Of a stretch of DNA of 64,000 nucleotides, positions 18,829 through 27,855 are shown piece after piece. A program made the position numbers and the translations under genes. How positions within the stretch are numbered: position 1 is the stretch's first letter; every line of letters starts with the position of its first letter. Origin of the DNA: a virus; the IMG/VR virus record IMGVR_UViG_3300034102_001514, positions 32,001 to 96,000 of that record; one strand, written 5' to 3'. A model generated the notes under the pieces. The model searched no databases and was not told where the DNA came from. It saw only the letters and a program-made list of their open reading frames with translations.

Positions 18829-19116
18829 TTAAATTTTAAAATCACTAAATTTCAATCCCCACATTAGGGAAATCATATTCATCTCTTTTTTTGCCCATTC
18901 CTTACTGTATCGGAATCGTTTACGGATTTCTTGGATACCCCACTGTTTCCACTCATCATTCTGAGCTTCAGTCATAGTCCATTGAGTAAACCAATCATCC
19001 TTTCTATCTTTAATATCTTGGTAAGTAACCAAGTGTCCTGCAATCTCAAACATTTTGTTGATTGTATCTTCAACAAATAGTTCTCTTTTTTGTTGTTTAC
19101 TCTTCCGTTTTACCAT
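18829..19116 (-). CDS. Hypothetical protein
   Basis: ORF in minus-strand run. Confidence 0.7.
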   Translation of the reverse strand: MVKRKSKQQKRELFVEDTINKMFEIAGHLVTYQDIKDRKDDWFTQWTMTEAQNDEWKQWGIQEIRKRFRYSKEWAKKEMNMISLMWGLKFSDFKI

Positions 19117-19732
19117 TTTCTAAATCCTCTAATTGTTTTTCTAAATAGTCTACACTAATAATATTTGTGTTAGCGTTTGGGTCAATCTTTTTGATTCGTT
19201 CAATTAGTTCATTTTGATATCCCTTTTTGTAAAATCCATCCTCAATCCAACTTGCAAGGTCTTGTAGATGTTGGGGTGCTGAAATAGAGATTCGTAAATC
19301 GTAATGTGACCATTTAGTTTTCCAATCCCAAAATTGGATACCCTTGGTTAATTTTCGGTGTAGATTAGATAATGTCCAATTACGAACACGAACTATTGAT
19401 TTATCGTTTCCAAAGATATGGAGAAATCGTAGAAACCATCTTGGACACCACCAAGGTTTAGCTTCATAATCCATTGCTAATACAAGCGGAAGGAGAACTT
19501 TATTGAATTCACTATCGTTATAGAATGTGATTCCTAAATATCCATACCTGTCCCCTTTGGTTGGAAAAAAGATGTAGCGTAAATCACTCCACTCTAAATT
19601 ACGAGTGGTGATATACGTCATCTTACGACCTTTCCAAAATAGGATAGTGTATTTCAAATTCTCCAACCTTTCTTTGAGGGTTGGTTTTAGTGGTGGAATA
19701 TAGAATTTACTATTTTTGTTTATCGTTTTCAT
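19097..19732 (-). CDS. Hypothetical protein
   Basis: 211-aa ORF in run. Confidence 0.7.
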   Translation of the reverse strand: MKTINKNSKFYIPPLKPTLKERLENLKYTILFWKGRKMTYITTRNLEWSDLRYIFFPTKGDRYGYLGITFYNDSEFNKVLLPLVLAMDYEAKPWWCPRWFLRFLHIFGNDKSIVRVRNWTLSNLHRKLTKGIQFWDWKTKWSHYDLRISISAPQHLQDLASWIEDGFYKKGYQNELIERIKKIDPNANTNIISVDYLEKQLEDLENGKTEE

Positions 19733-19983
19733 AACTCTTGAATTTGACCAAGGTAATCGGTTACCTTTTCTTCAGTTAAATATCCTATTACTGCAGTAAT
19801 AGGGGTATCGTATGTAATATTTCCATTTTTAAGCACAGCCAATTCATACAACCCATCGCTACCACCATAAGTGTGTTCACTTCTAACTACGGATGCTCCA
19901 TAACCATTATCAAAGTAGATGAGGGCTTGAACACCTTGGCCCATTGGGTGATTTTTAAATTCTAAATCTTTAAATGTTTTCAT
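19729..19983 (-). CDS. Conserved small phage protein
   Basis: FDNGYGASVV..GLYELAVL..YDTPIT pattern. Confidence 0.75.
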   Translation of the reverse strand: MKTFKDLEFKNHPMGQGVQALIYFDNGYGASVVRSEHTYGGSDGLYELAVLKNGNITYDTPITAVIGYLTEEKVTDYLGQIQEL

Positions 19984-20001
19984 TTCTTTTTAATTTGTTT
20001 G

Positions 20002-20074
20002 TGACCCCGATGGGATTTGAACCCATGACCCATACATTAAAAGTGTATTGCTCTACCAGCTGAGCTACAAGGTC
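20002..20074 (-). tRNA. tRNA-Lys(TTT)
   Basis: Cloverleaf, loop CTTTTAA. Confidence 0.92.
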
Positions 20075-20078
20075 ATTT

Positions 20079-20312
20079 TTAAATACCCAATTCACGATTC
20101 AGTCGGCGGTTTTCTTTGGTATTCAACTTATAAGCTGGAAAGATGTAGGTTTCGTAACATTGATAATCATACTGACCACCTCGTGGTCCGTGAATGTTAA
20201 TGGTGTAAATTTGTTGATTGTTATGATAATGATGTCGTTCTTCATTTCTCATTTGATTAACCATTTTACCAATATCTTTCAAAGCAATTTGTCTAGCAGT
20301 CATCTTTCTCAT
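20079..20312 (-). CDS. Hypothetical protein
   Basis: Start reassigned to MRKMTARQ, downstream of the boxed promoter at 20323-20377. Confidence 0.65.
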   Translation of the reverse strand: MRKMTARQIALKDIGKMVNQMRNEERHHYHNNQQIYTINIHGPRGGQYDYQCYETYIFPAYKLNTKENRRLNRELGI

Positions 20313-20373
20313 TATTACATAGTAAAGATAATCATTTTTTTTGAACTGGCAAATTTCTAATGTTAAGAAATTG

Positions 20374-20586
20374 TTAAGTTTTTGAACCAAATTTAGCTAC
20401 GCCTTTATATTTTGTTTTGATAGATTCAATATCAGACAAAGCCCTTTTGTAATCAGCCACTACATTACTATCGGTAGTAAAATTCATAATTACTCCACAA
20501 TGTGGACATACCGATATAGGATTTTTTACAATAAAGTTAAGGTCTATTCCAAGTGGTTGTCTACATCCCGGACAAGGTAATGGCAT
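20374..20586 (-). CDS. Zinc-ribbon protein
   Basis: MPLPCPGC..CPHCG; start overlaps upstream stop (TAATG). Confidence 0.75.
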   Translation of the reverse strand: MPLPCPGCRQPLGIDLNFIVKNPISVCPHCGVIMNFTTDSNVVADYKRALSDIESIKTKYKGVAKFGSKT

Positions 20587-20876
20587 TATTCTTGGTTTTG
20601 ATTGGTTTGGTCTTGTTTGTGATGAAACCAAAAATCAACTACTTTTCCAAAGTTACCAATAAGGGCTCCAATTAAAACAAGAATTAATTCTTTCCATTCA
20701 CTATCAAGTTTTTGTTCTTGTTGTAATTCAAAGAAAATAAATCCTAATGTAAATGCAAAGATAGAGGCTATGAAAATACCTAACCGTTGTCTATGTTGGT
20801 CTGGTGTGATATTTTTCATTTTTGGCAGTTCCTCTTTTTTATTTTTTGAATTTGGTAATTCTAATTCCGGTATCAT
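20586..20876 (-). CDS. 2-TM membrane protein (holin-like topology)
   Basis: Two TM helices, LIGALIGNFGKVVDFWF. Confidence 0.65.
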   Translation of the reverse strand: MIPELELPNSKNKKEELPKMKNITPDQHRQRLGIFIASIFAFTLGFIFFELQQEQKLDSEWKELILVLIGALIGNFGKVVDFWFHHKQDQTNQNQE

Positions 20877-21367
20877 TATTTTTGATTATTAGGACTGGTG
20901 TTCATTTGTTGAATTAACGCATCTACCAATCGTGATACCGCTTCGGGCTTGTTATCTTTTTTAAATTTAATTTTAATAGTTGCTACACCATCTTTATTTG
21001 GACTATCACCATCAACGGATATGTTTGAAATCTGATGTTTATATCTTGCATTACCTTTTTGTTTTTGTCTTTCAAAAATAGGTAATAAGTTTTTTTTGAG
21101 TTCTGATGGAGTTTCTCCATTTGGTAGTAGTCTTGCTTGAAATTGAATGTCTAATTCATCTAATCCTACTGAAGAATGGTCTGCTAGGATATAAAGTGGA
21201 ACTACCACTTCTGAATCGCCAATCTTAAAAGTTTGCGTGATGGGAGTTCCATCCTCATCAAAATACTTTGACAACGTATTGATGTGTTGTCGTTCTTGTA
21301 TTGAGAGAACTACTTGGGCGGCCTCTTGAAGACCACCCAATAGTTCCTCTAAATTAACTTTTGCCAT
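20876..21367 (-). CDS. DUF2589-family protein (partner copy)
   Basis: LEELLGGLQEA, VPLYILADHSSVGLDELDIQF, C-terminal PEAVSRL. Confidence 0.75.
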   Translation of the reverse strand: MAKVNLEELLGGLQEAAQVVLSIQERQHINTLSKYFDEDGTPITQTFKIGDSEVVVPLYILADHSSVGLDELDIQFQARLLPNGETPSELKKNLLPIFERQKQKGNARYKHQISNISVDGDSPNKDGVATIKIKFKKDNKPEAVSRLVDALIQQMNTSPNNQK

Positions 21368-21433
21368 TTACCATAACTTTTTAATAAACAAATATACAAA
21401 ATTTATTTCATATATCCTAATTTATTTCAATAA

Positions 21434-22036
21434 TTATTGTGGTCCGTTAGCGTTTGTAGCTTGTTGAACGATGGATGGTTCCATCATCATATTTAACATA
21501 TCAGACAACTTCAACATACCTTCAGTAGCAGGTAATTGTTCAGCGTGTACTTTTACATTGTATTTTGCAGAGTTGTCAGTTGAACGAGTATTTTCTTTAG
21601 AAGTAGCAACCTTACCAGACATTTTTACAGAATACTTCATACCCCAAAATCCACCAGACGCTTCAACATCAAGTGATGCTTCTGAACTTGATGTATCTTT
21701 TGATGTTTCAGATTGTTGAACTTCCATAGTAAATTCTACATCAGCAGATGTGATGGCTAACGATGGTAGTGGTACTAATGGTAACATTGGAACCATTGAG
21801 TTGATTTGTTGTAACTCTTGTACTCCGGTATCGGGGTTGGTTACATAACGATTTAACTGAACATCAAGAAATCTTGTTTTTGATTTTTTAGTTGTTTCAT
21901 CTTTTTCAAATGCTACTTCAGAGATGTATCTCCAAGTAACATCATTTAGTTGGGCTTGACCTTTGGCCATTCCAACTAAAGGTTGTACGATTAGGTCTTC
22001 AATTGGAAGTCCTTTAAACTGGTCTGCGATTGCCAT
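21434..22036 (-). CDS. DUF2589-family protein
   Basis: FKGLPIEDLIVQPL, VPMLPLVPLPSLAI..VEFTMEV, NTRSTDNSAKYNVKVHA..PATEGM. Confidence 0.88.
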   Translation of the reverse strand: MAIADQFKGLPIEDLIVQPLVGMAKGQAQLNDVTWRYISEVAFEKDETTKKSKTRFLDVQLNRYVTNPDTGVQELQQINSMVPMLPLVPLPSLAITSADVEFTMEVQQSETSKDTSSSEASLDVEASGGFWGMKYSVKMSGKVATSKENTRSTDNSAKYNVKVHAEQLPATEGMLKLSDMLNMMMEPSIVQQATNANGPQ

Positions 22037-22130
22037 ATTTTTCCTTTTTTAAAAATTGTTTGTAAGTGGTTACCCTAATAAATATGGAAGTATATTTTAT
22101 AAGTTTGGTTTTGGGCAACAATCACTTAAT

Positions 22131-22667
22131 TCAAATTTTTATTGCAAAGGTATCATCCGTATCAGTTTCTATGTGATATCCCTTTGATATTAAAAGATTA
22201 TGAATTGCAGTCTTTGTATCCAACTTTGTTAACCCTTGCCTCGTTTCTACCTTTATAATTTTTGGAGATATTAAATCAAATGGAAACATTTTTAGTATTT
22301 CGTAATCATATAATTCGGTATCAATTTTTAAAAAATCAATTTCCGTGATATCACACATTTTGATAACATCTAATATTGGAATAGTATTTACTAATATTTC
22401 TTTTGAAAGGGCGTTATTATATTGATAAAAACTTGACATTCCTGCATAATCATGGTCTTGTTCCACAACATCATCTTCAGCCATAAACATGATACGTTGA
22501 CCTTTGGTGTAATCAATGGCATAGTTTAGATAATGAATATTTGGTTTTTGTGGTATATTATCCAAATACTTTTTTATAGGTTCTATGATGACACCCTTCC
22601 AATTTAAATCTCCAAGATAGTTTAAGGTGTTAAAATCACACGAACCTATTTCAATAAAAGTTTTCAT
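22131..22667 (-). CDS. FkbM-family methyltransferase
   Basis: FIEIGS, GVIIEP, IDFLKIDTE. Confidence 0.85.
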   Translation of the reverse strand: MKTFIEIGSCDFNTLNYLGDLNWKGVIIEPIKKYLDNIPQKPNIHYLNYAIDYTKGQRIMFMAEDDVVEQDHDYAGMSSFYQYNNALSKEILVNTIPILDVIKMCDITEIDFLKIDTELYDYEILKMFPFDLISPKIIKVETRQGLTKLDTKTAIHNLLISKGYHIETDTDDTFAIKI

Positions 22668-23110
22668 AATTCATCGTAAAATATAATTTCTACCCCAGCT
22701 TCTTTAAACATTTGGATGGAACGAATTTCGTGTTCATCCCATAACTTACCTTGAGCACCACCACCTCTTTCAAGGTAGACCTTTTTGATTCCTGAATTGA
22801 TGATTCCACGAGTACAATCCGAACACGATATACCACAAGTCAAATACATTGTGGAATCTTTTAGGGATACCCCAATTCGTGCTGCGTTGTAGATTGCGTT
22901 TCGTTCTGCGTGCTCAAACCAATAGTATTTCTCCGGTCGTTCTTGTCTTTCATCCAACTCATCGTTAATTCCACGAGGGAACGAGTTGTAGCCCGTGGAT
23001 AGGATTTCGTTGTCCTTACCAACCACTACCGCACCAATTTGCGTTTTGATATCCTTTGACTTTAATTTTACTTGATGAGCAATACCTCTAAAATAATCTA
23101 CCCAATTCAT
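22664..23110 (-). CDS. dCMP deaminase (ComEB-like)
   Basis: TGYN, HAERNAI, CSDC. Confidence 0.92.
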   Translation of the reverse strand: MNWVDYFRGIAHQVKLKSKDIKTQIGAVVVGKDNEILSTGYNSFPRGINDELDERQERPEKYYWFEHAERNAIYNAARIGVSLKDSTMYLTCGISCSDCTRGIINSGIKKVYLERGGGAQGKLWDEHEIRSIQMFKEAGVEIIFYDEL

Positions 23111-23183
23111 AGGTCATCCATTTTCTTGGATACCCATACCATAAATCCGATGGCGAGAACTACAAGTGATATTAAAAAAATTT

Positions 23184-23486
23184 TCATTCAAAATCGTTAT
23201 TACGCCGTGATTGATATTCTTTAAAGTAGATATCATACATTTCTTTAAAGATAGAATCCCAAGCAGAATCATAGGTATCATTCAAATAAAACTTATTTAG
23301 TCCTTCTGATGTACCCTTACGAGTCTTTATAGAGATGGACCGCTCTTTACCTTGAGGCTGGGTTTGGTCTACTACATACGATACCGTATAGAACGTACCA
23401 TTGAGTTTAAACATTCGGTAGGACATCCCCTCTGATTTTGCAATCTCAATCAGAGCGTTCAGTTTTTTAATATCAAATTTGTTCAT
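23184..23486 (-). CDS. Hypothetical protein
   Basis: ORF whose ATG lies in the 21-bp direct repeat. Confidence 0.65.
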   Translation of the reverse strand: MNKFDIKKLNALIEIAKSEGMSYRMFKLNGTFYTVSYVVDQTQPQGKERSISIKTRKGTSEGLNKFYLNDTYDSAWDSIFKEMYDIYFKEYQSRRNNDFE

Positions 23487-23598
23487 TTCTTGTTGGTGTT
23501 AAAGAAAAAGACTCCGTTAATCAGGGCGGTAGCTTTCCGCTTGCTGAATCCTAATGCGCCATAAGCGGGCGGAGTTCTCATTTCTCGTTGGTGTTAAA
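23483..23598. repeat. 21-bp direct repeats flanking a GC-rich structured insert
   Basis: TCATTTCTYGTTGGTGTTAAA at 23483-23503 and 23578-23598. Confidence 0.85.
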
Positions 23599-23764
23599 TT
23601 TCAATTAATAATTCATCAAAGCATTCCAAGCAGATGAACATCATATTACATTCATTCTTCACATCTGAATCGTATGGGTTTTGAGTCCATATACCATCCT
23701 TTTTCTCACAACATTCACAAGTGTCAATGAGGTGTCCGAATTGTTCTTTAGCTGTATTTTTCAT
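23594..23764 (-). CDS. Small Cys-rich (Zn-binding) protein
   Basis: Read manually: MKNTAKEQFGHLIDTCECC..NPYDSDV..ICLECF. Confidence 0.65.
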   Translation of the reverse strand: MKNTAKEQFGHLIDTCECCEKKDGIWTQNPYDSDVKNECNMMFICLECFDELLIEI

Positions 23765-24193
23765 TTTAGTTTGATTTAAGATTTACTGTCTTAATTCATA
23801 AACTTTTCGTAACGGGTAATAGCACCTTCTTCGGTATAAGCGTTGATGTAGATTTCAAATCCATTACCTTCTTTACTTACCACATAGGTAGTGGATTGGA
23901 CTCCTTCTCCTTTTTGGTAGATTCTTACGTTGTAGTTCATAACACTCATTTCTTATTACATAGTAAATATACAACAACCCCATTGGATAAAAAAGCGATG
24001 TGTGTTAACAAATTGTTAAGTTTTACGAAACCCAATAACCTTGATAGGACCACGGACTTGTATGGTTCTACGCTCAATCATCAGTTTGGTCATGTCCAAC
24101 AATTCGGTGTCTTGTTCGGAATCCAACCATTCTACAAACCATTTGGTTAATAACTTACGTTTCAGTGCGTTCATAAAAAAGTGATATAAAACA

Positions 24194-24433
24194 TTATTTG
24201 CTTAAATAGTAATGATACATATGACGTAAGGTATGAGTATCATAAGAAGGTATAGGAGTACAAGAATCTAAATCTACCTCAATACCATTAGAATAACATA
24301 AACGAAACTTATGAGTATCAGTATCCTTATCATAGGATGTATGGTATATATGAGACCATAGGTCACCACTTTCCCATTTATAACTTCCGTGATAACACAT
24401 CTTTAGAAGAGCTGACAATTGTTCAAAGGTCAT
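24194..24433 (-). CDS. Hypothetical protein
   Basis: Start reassigned to MTFEQL. Confidence 0.55.
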   Translation of the reverse strand: MTFEQLSALLKMCYHGSYKWESGDLWSHIYHTSYDKDTDTHKFRLCYSNGIEVDLDSCTPIPSYDTHTLRHMYHYYLSK

Positions 24434-24632
24434 AAGGTTCAATAGGTTCGTTAAGTTCAGCAATATAAACCACACATTGATATTTACCACCACGGAACTC
24501 TTCTTCCTTTTTAGCGATTTCTTGGGCGAGGTTAGAATCCGTAAACACCCCAACCACATAAGAGTGATTTTCTAATGAGGGTGTATCACGAACAACGCGA
24601 TAGGCTTGAACATAGTAGATGGGTTCATTCAT
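24423..24632 (-). CDS. Small phage protein
   Basis: YVVGVF..A...A motif; promoter TATATTTG just upstream. Confidence 0.65.
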   Translation of the reverse strand: MNEPIYYVQAYRVVRDTPSLENHSYVVGVFTDSNLAQEIAKKEEEFRGGKYQCVVYIAELNEPIEPYDL

Positions 24633-24680
24633 AAGACAAATATACAAAATAAATGGGAGATGGCCAAATATGGGTTAATA

Positions 24681-24728
24681 AAATACGAGGGAAAATATGA
24701 GGGAATAAACAAGGGAAAATACAAGGGA
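24681..24728. repeat. Four tandem 12-bp iteron-like repeats
   Basis: AAATACGAGGGA, AAATATGAGGGA, ATAAACAAGGGA, AAATACAAGGGA. Confidence 0.85.
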
Positions 24729-24931
24729 ATAAAAAAAGAGCCAGTTCCGTGTATACACGGGTTCAGAGGGGACTTTATTTCCCCAGCGAAAAAACCGGGC
24801 TCCGCATGAAAACCGACTACACGCCTTTCTAACTCATTGATATTCATACACTTACAAGCAATTGCCCCCCCCCTGCACGAGTATCTTTCATCGCCTTTGA
24901 TGGCTTACGGGCTTTGAGGGCTTATTTTATT

Positions 24932-25105
24932 TTACGCTCGCTCCAACTCTACCCATTCACCATATACCTTATAGTGTTGTTTTTGGAAGTATCGGATTTT
25001 ATTCAAAGCTTCCACCTGCTTCATTGGTGTTTCTGCATTCATTAACTTCTCCTTCCAATACCCAATCTTGGGGATATACCCATTGGAATACTTGACATTG
25101 TTCAT
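24932..25105 (-). CDS. Small hypothetical protein
   Basis: Read manually: MNNVKYSNGYIPKIGYW..YFQKQHYKVYG. Confidence 0.6.
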   Translation of the reverse strand: MNNVKYSNGYIPKIGYWKEKLMNAETPMKQVEALNKIRYFQKQHYKVYGEWVELERA

Positions 25106-25140
25106 ATACTATGTAATTTAACTGATTTTATTTTAGTTTA

Positions 25141-25692
25141 TTATCCAACCATTTTTTGTAACACATCCCAAGCTTTAGCAGCTGCGGGCCTTGAACTTGC
25201 ATCGGTGTAATATTTAACCACTTCCGAGTACATACGTCCTTCGTTAAGTACCTCATTTAGAATAGCTTCCACAGTACCAAACCTTGGTCGGTTGTTAACG
25301 TGAACATATTTAACTCCAGCTTTTAATTCAAATCCGTTATCAGTCTGAGCGCCTGAGTCTTCGTAATCCTCATATATGTCGTACATTCCGTTGAACTTTC
25401 CGTACTCCCACATATTTGCGAAAGAAGAAATTTGTTTGAAATCAACCTCATTAACTTGTCCACCTAATTTAGTACAAACATACACATCCAAACTATTTCC
25501 ACCAGCGAAAGAGTTTGAAGAAACCTTCACCACATATTCAGGAAAGAACTTCTTCGCGAACTGGCGAACCAATGAACTCGCCTCAGCGTGAGACACATAA
25601 ATCAGTTGTTTACCACTCCAATTGCGGAGTGATTTAACAGGCAGTTCGTAGATTTCGTTTTGAAGTTTGATTTTGATTTTCTCGTTTTTCAT
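25141..25692 (-). CDS. Hypothetical protein (LPD29-like)
   Basis: VRQFAKKFFP..VSSNSFAGGNSLDV..GKFNGMYDIYE; start reassigned behind boxed promoter. Confidence 0.6.
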   Translation of the reverse strand: MKNEKIKIKLQNEIYELPVKSLRNWSGKQLIYVSHAEASSLVRQFAKKFFPEYVVKVSSNSFAGGNSLDVYVCTKLGGQVNEVDFKQISSFANMWEYGKFNGMYDIYEDYEDSGAQTDNGFELKAGVKYVHVNNRPRFGTVEAILNEVLNEGRMYSEVVKYYTDASSRPAAAKAWDVLQKMVG

Positions 25693-25943
25693 ATCTCTCT
25701 TATTGATTACATAGTAAAGATACGACAAATAATTAAGCTGCCAAACTTTTAATGTTAAGAAATTGTTAAATCTTTCATCAAACCCCCAAGCGTGTTTATT
25801 AAAATTGGCTATTTTCTTAATCAAACTTTATTTTTTTTATATATTAGCTCTCCCAACATACTAAAGATACAACATATCTGCAATATGGCCAAATCTCAAT
25901 GTTATTAAATTGTTAAGTTTTCAGCCATTAAAGCTCACCCATG

Positions 25944-25958
25944 ATAGATAAAACCTAT
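25944..25958. promoter_or_regulatory. OxyR/LysR-like box
   Basis: ATAG-ATAAAAC-CTAT fits ATAGntnnnanCTAT. Confidence 0.4.
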
Positions 25959-25987
25959 CGGTGAGTTAACATTTGTAAACAAAAAAG

Positions 25988-26103
25988 TTATCAACACGAA
26001 ATTGTTAATAACTTTCCCCACAAAAAATTTTGCAAATCGCAAAAAAAGACCCTTCTGGTGCTCTCCCTTTCTGGGTCATTCTCTCACCCACGGGTTATCC
26101 ACA
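25988..26103. promoter_or_regulatory. Cluster of DnaA-box-like 9-mers
   Basis: TTATCAACA 25988, TGTTAATAA 26003, TTCCCCACA 26014, perfect TTATCCACA 26095. Confidence 0.6.
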
Positions 26104-26230
26104 AAAGTGTCTATTAAAATTGGATAAAAATTAAACCATTCGGATTCCTTCTAACTATTATACCATAAAGGGAGTAAAATCCCATTATTGGTAAAGAGTT
26201 TGTTAAAATGGTTCAACGAACCTCGTGTTT

Positions 26231-26269
26231 ACCATTATCTACCACTATCTCCCACTTTTTCCCACTTTT
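26231..26269 (-). promoter_or_regulatory. MraZ-operator-like 10-bp-phased GTGG repeats
   Basis: Minus strand GTGGG-N5-GTGGG-N5-GTGGT-N5-ATGGT. Confidence 0.5.
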
Positions 26270-26384
26270 GGAGGATTATAGAGGGCTTATATCTCTCCAA
26301 AACTGTATAAATTTGTGAGTTTTGGAGGATTATAAGTTTTTGGACTTATATTGACCCATTATTAGGTTGGGGACTTATGGGGCA

Positions 26385-26412
26385 TAAAAAAACCCCCATT
26401 GCTGGAGGCTTG
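26385..26412 (-). terminator. Probable intrinsic terminator
   Basis: Minus strand GCCTCCA-GCAA-TGGGGGT followed by a T run. Confidence 0.7.
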
Positions 26413-26442
26413 TAAAATTTCGTGATAACCCATCAAGGATTC

Positions 26443-26652
26443 TTAACAAATAGTCCTATCTATCCCATCAGAGTTCCAATCATAGTATTTTTGTTTCTTA
26501 TATCCCCTATCTAATATCTGAAGTAAAAAACCTTGTAAGGAATCCCATTCCCCATTGTTTATATCAGACCTTTTAATACTATGGGTTCTACCTACTGATT
26601 CTATTATCATATAATCATCCTTAAATTGTACTGAAATTATTTTATCGTTCAT
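26443..26652 (-). CDS. Hypothetical protein
   Basis: ORF in run. Confidence 0.55.
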   Translation of the reverse strand: MNDKIISVQFKDDYMIIESVGRTHSIKRSDINNGEWDSLQGFLLQILDRGYKKQKYYDWNSDGIDRTIC

Positions 26653-26836
26653 TTATCCCTTTATATTGTTTATAATATTCTTCAGTCATTAAGTGACCTC
26701 TTTTATCTGATACCGCGTTCTGAAATAATTCATAGCGTTCGACAATTAGATTGTCCTTTACTATCACCCAATTTCGTTCTTCGGTAATTGATTTTCTACC
26801 TAAAATTTCTCCAAGAGTCTTTTTCATATAATCCAA
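26642..26836 (-). CDS. Hypothetical protein
   Basis: ORF in run. Confidence 0.55.
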   Translation of the reverse strand: MDYMKKTLGEILGRKSITEERNWVIVKDNLIVERYELFQNAVSDKRGHLMTEEYYKQYKGINER

Positions 26837-27407
26837 ATGTTTCGTATTGTTTTTTGTTCCATACCCTATCCGCTAACTCTTGGGTATAAAGTGTAGAATA
26901 ATCTAAATCTTTGTATTCATCCAAATAATGAATTTTCCAATGTTCTACATCAATTTCTTTTAACTTTTGTTCCCAATCTTGGTTCATCCGCTGGTTAACA
27001 AACGGAATCTTTATTAAGTCCTCATACATATTCTCTGAACGTATCAAATGGGTTGGCTTTATTCCATAACGATTTAGTTGTCCAATTGTATCCCAAGTGT
27101 CATCCTCATCCAATCCTTGATTAAAGTATTCATTGTCCGACATCACCCAATCCTTAAAAGACATTCTTTGGGGTTCGTGTCGGACTCCTTCACCATCAAT
27201 CCAATGGGATATTCCGTGTCGGATTATCCACCAAGACACCGCTCTCCAATAAGGATTACGAATAGATACCCACAATTGGTCTTCATTATTCCATTCTAAA
27301 TTATGTGAGTGGTGTCCCTCAAATCCAATGGATTGTAAAAATCGGGTAACTACCCTGCTGCCCGTTCTCATGGGACCCCAATATCGGATTTTGTTTTCGT
27401 AAATCAC
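26796..27407 (-). CDS. Sulfotransferase family 2-like protein
   Basis: PMRTGS (5'-PSB-like), SIRNPYWRAVS (3'-PB-like), IRSENMYEDL. Confidence 0.75.
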   Translation of the reverse strand: MIYENKIRYWGPMRTGSRVVTRFLQSIGFEGHHSHNLEWNNEDQLWVSIRNPYWRAVSWWIIRHGISHWIDGEGVRHEPQRMSFKDWVMSDNEYFNQGLDEDDTWDTIGQLNRYGIKPTHLIRSENMYEDLIKIPFVNQRMNQDWEQKLKEIDVEHWKIHYLDEYKDLDYSTLYTQELADRVWNKKQYETFGLYEKDSWRNFR

Positions 27408-27777
27408 TTACACTTACATTTAGGATTTTTACCACATTTACACATTGGTGATGGGGTATCTTTCCATACGCCAATGAATAAAGTATAACATGACCATAAC
27501 AATATACTCACAATTAAAAATCCATCCACTATGTTAGACATCATTGTCTTTCCTTGCTACTATCACTAAAAGTCCCACTATGACTATTATCACAATAGGA
27601 ATTAAGATTATATTAATTTCCATACTACTTTTTCTCGGTTTTAATTAAATAAATTGCAATCACCAAAAGAATCCCACAAAATACTATCGTAATCATTGTC
27701 GTTCTCCATTATCTCATAGATTCATTTGGTGACCACTTATCGTATTCACATTCAAATTTCTTGCTACAAGCATTAAG

Positions 27778-27855
27778 AGCATCGCCCTTGCTAATCTCAA
27801 AATGCTTAATAGAAGCATCGCCCTTGCTAATCTCAAAACCATTACGAGCATCGCC
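27778..27855. repeat. 25-bp direct repeat x2 plus partial third copy
   Basis: AGCATCGCCCTTGCTAATCTCAAAA at 27778 and 27814; AGCATCGCC at 27847. Confidence 0.85.

Noticed and set aside
23504-23577. Twister or pistol ribozyme call for the GC-rich insert
   Set aside because: Only fragments of the consensus (UAA, UCCUAA); pseudoknots not supportable by eye
24606-24847. ORFs 24606-24809 (+) and 24629-24847 (-)
   Set aside because: Products of the 12-bp repeat and palindromic block; they overlap a promoter and look non-protein-like
25792-26123. IS-like terminal repeats
   Set aside because: The 17-bp copies are direct rather than inverted and there is no transposase
27778-27855. Possible mini CRISPR array
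   Set aside because: Only two full repeats with 8-11 bp gaps; no cas genes in window
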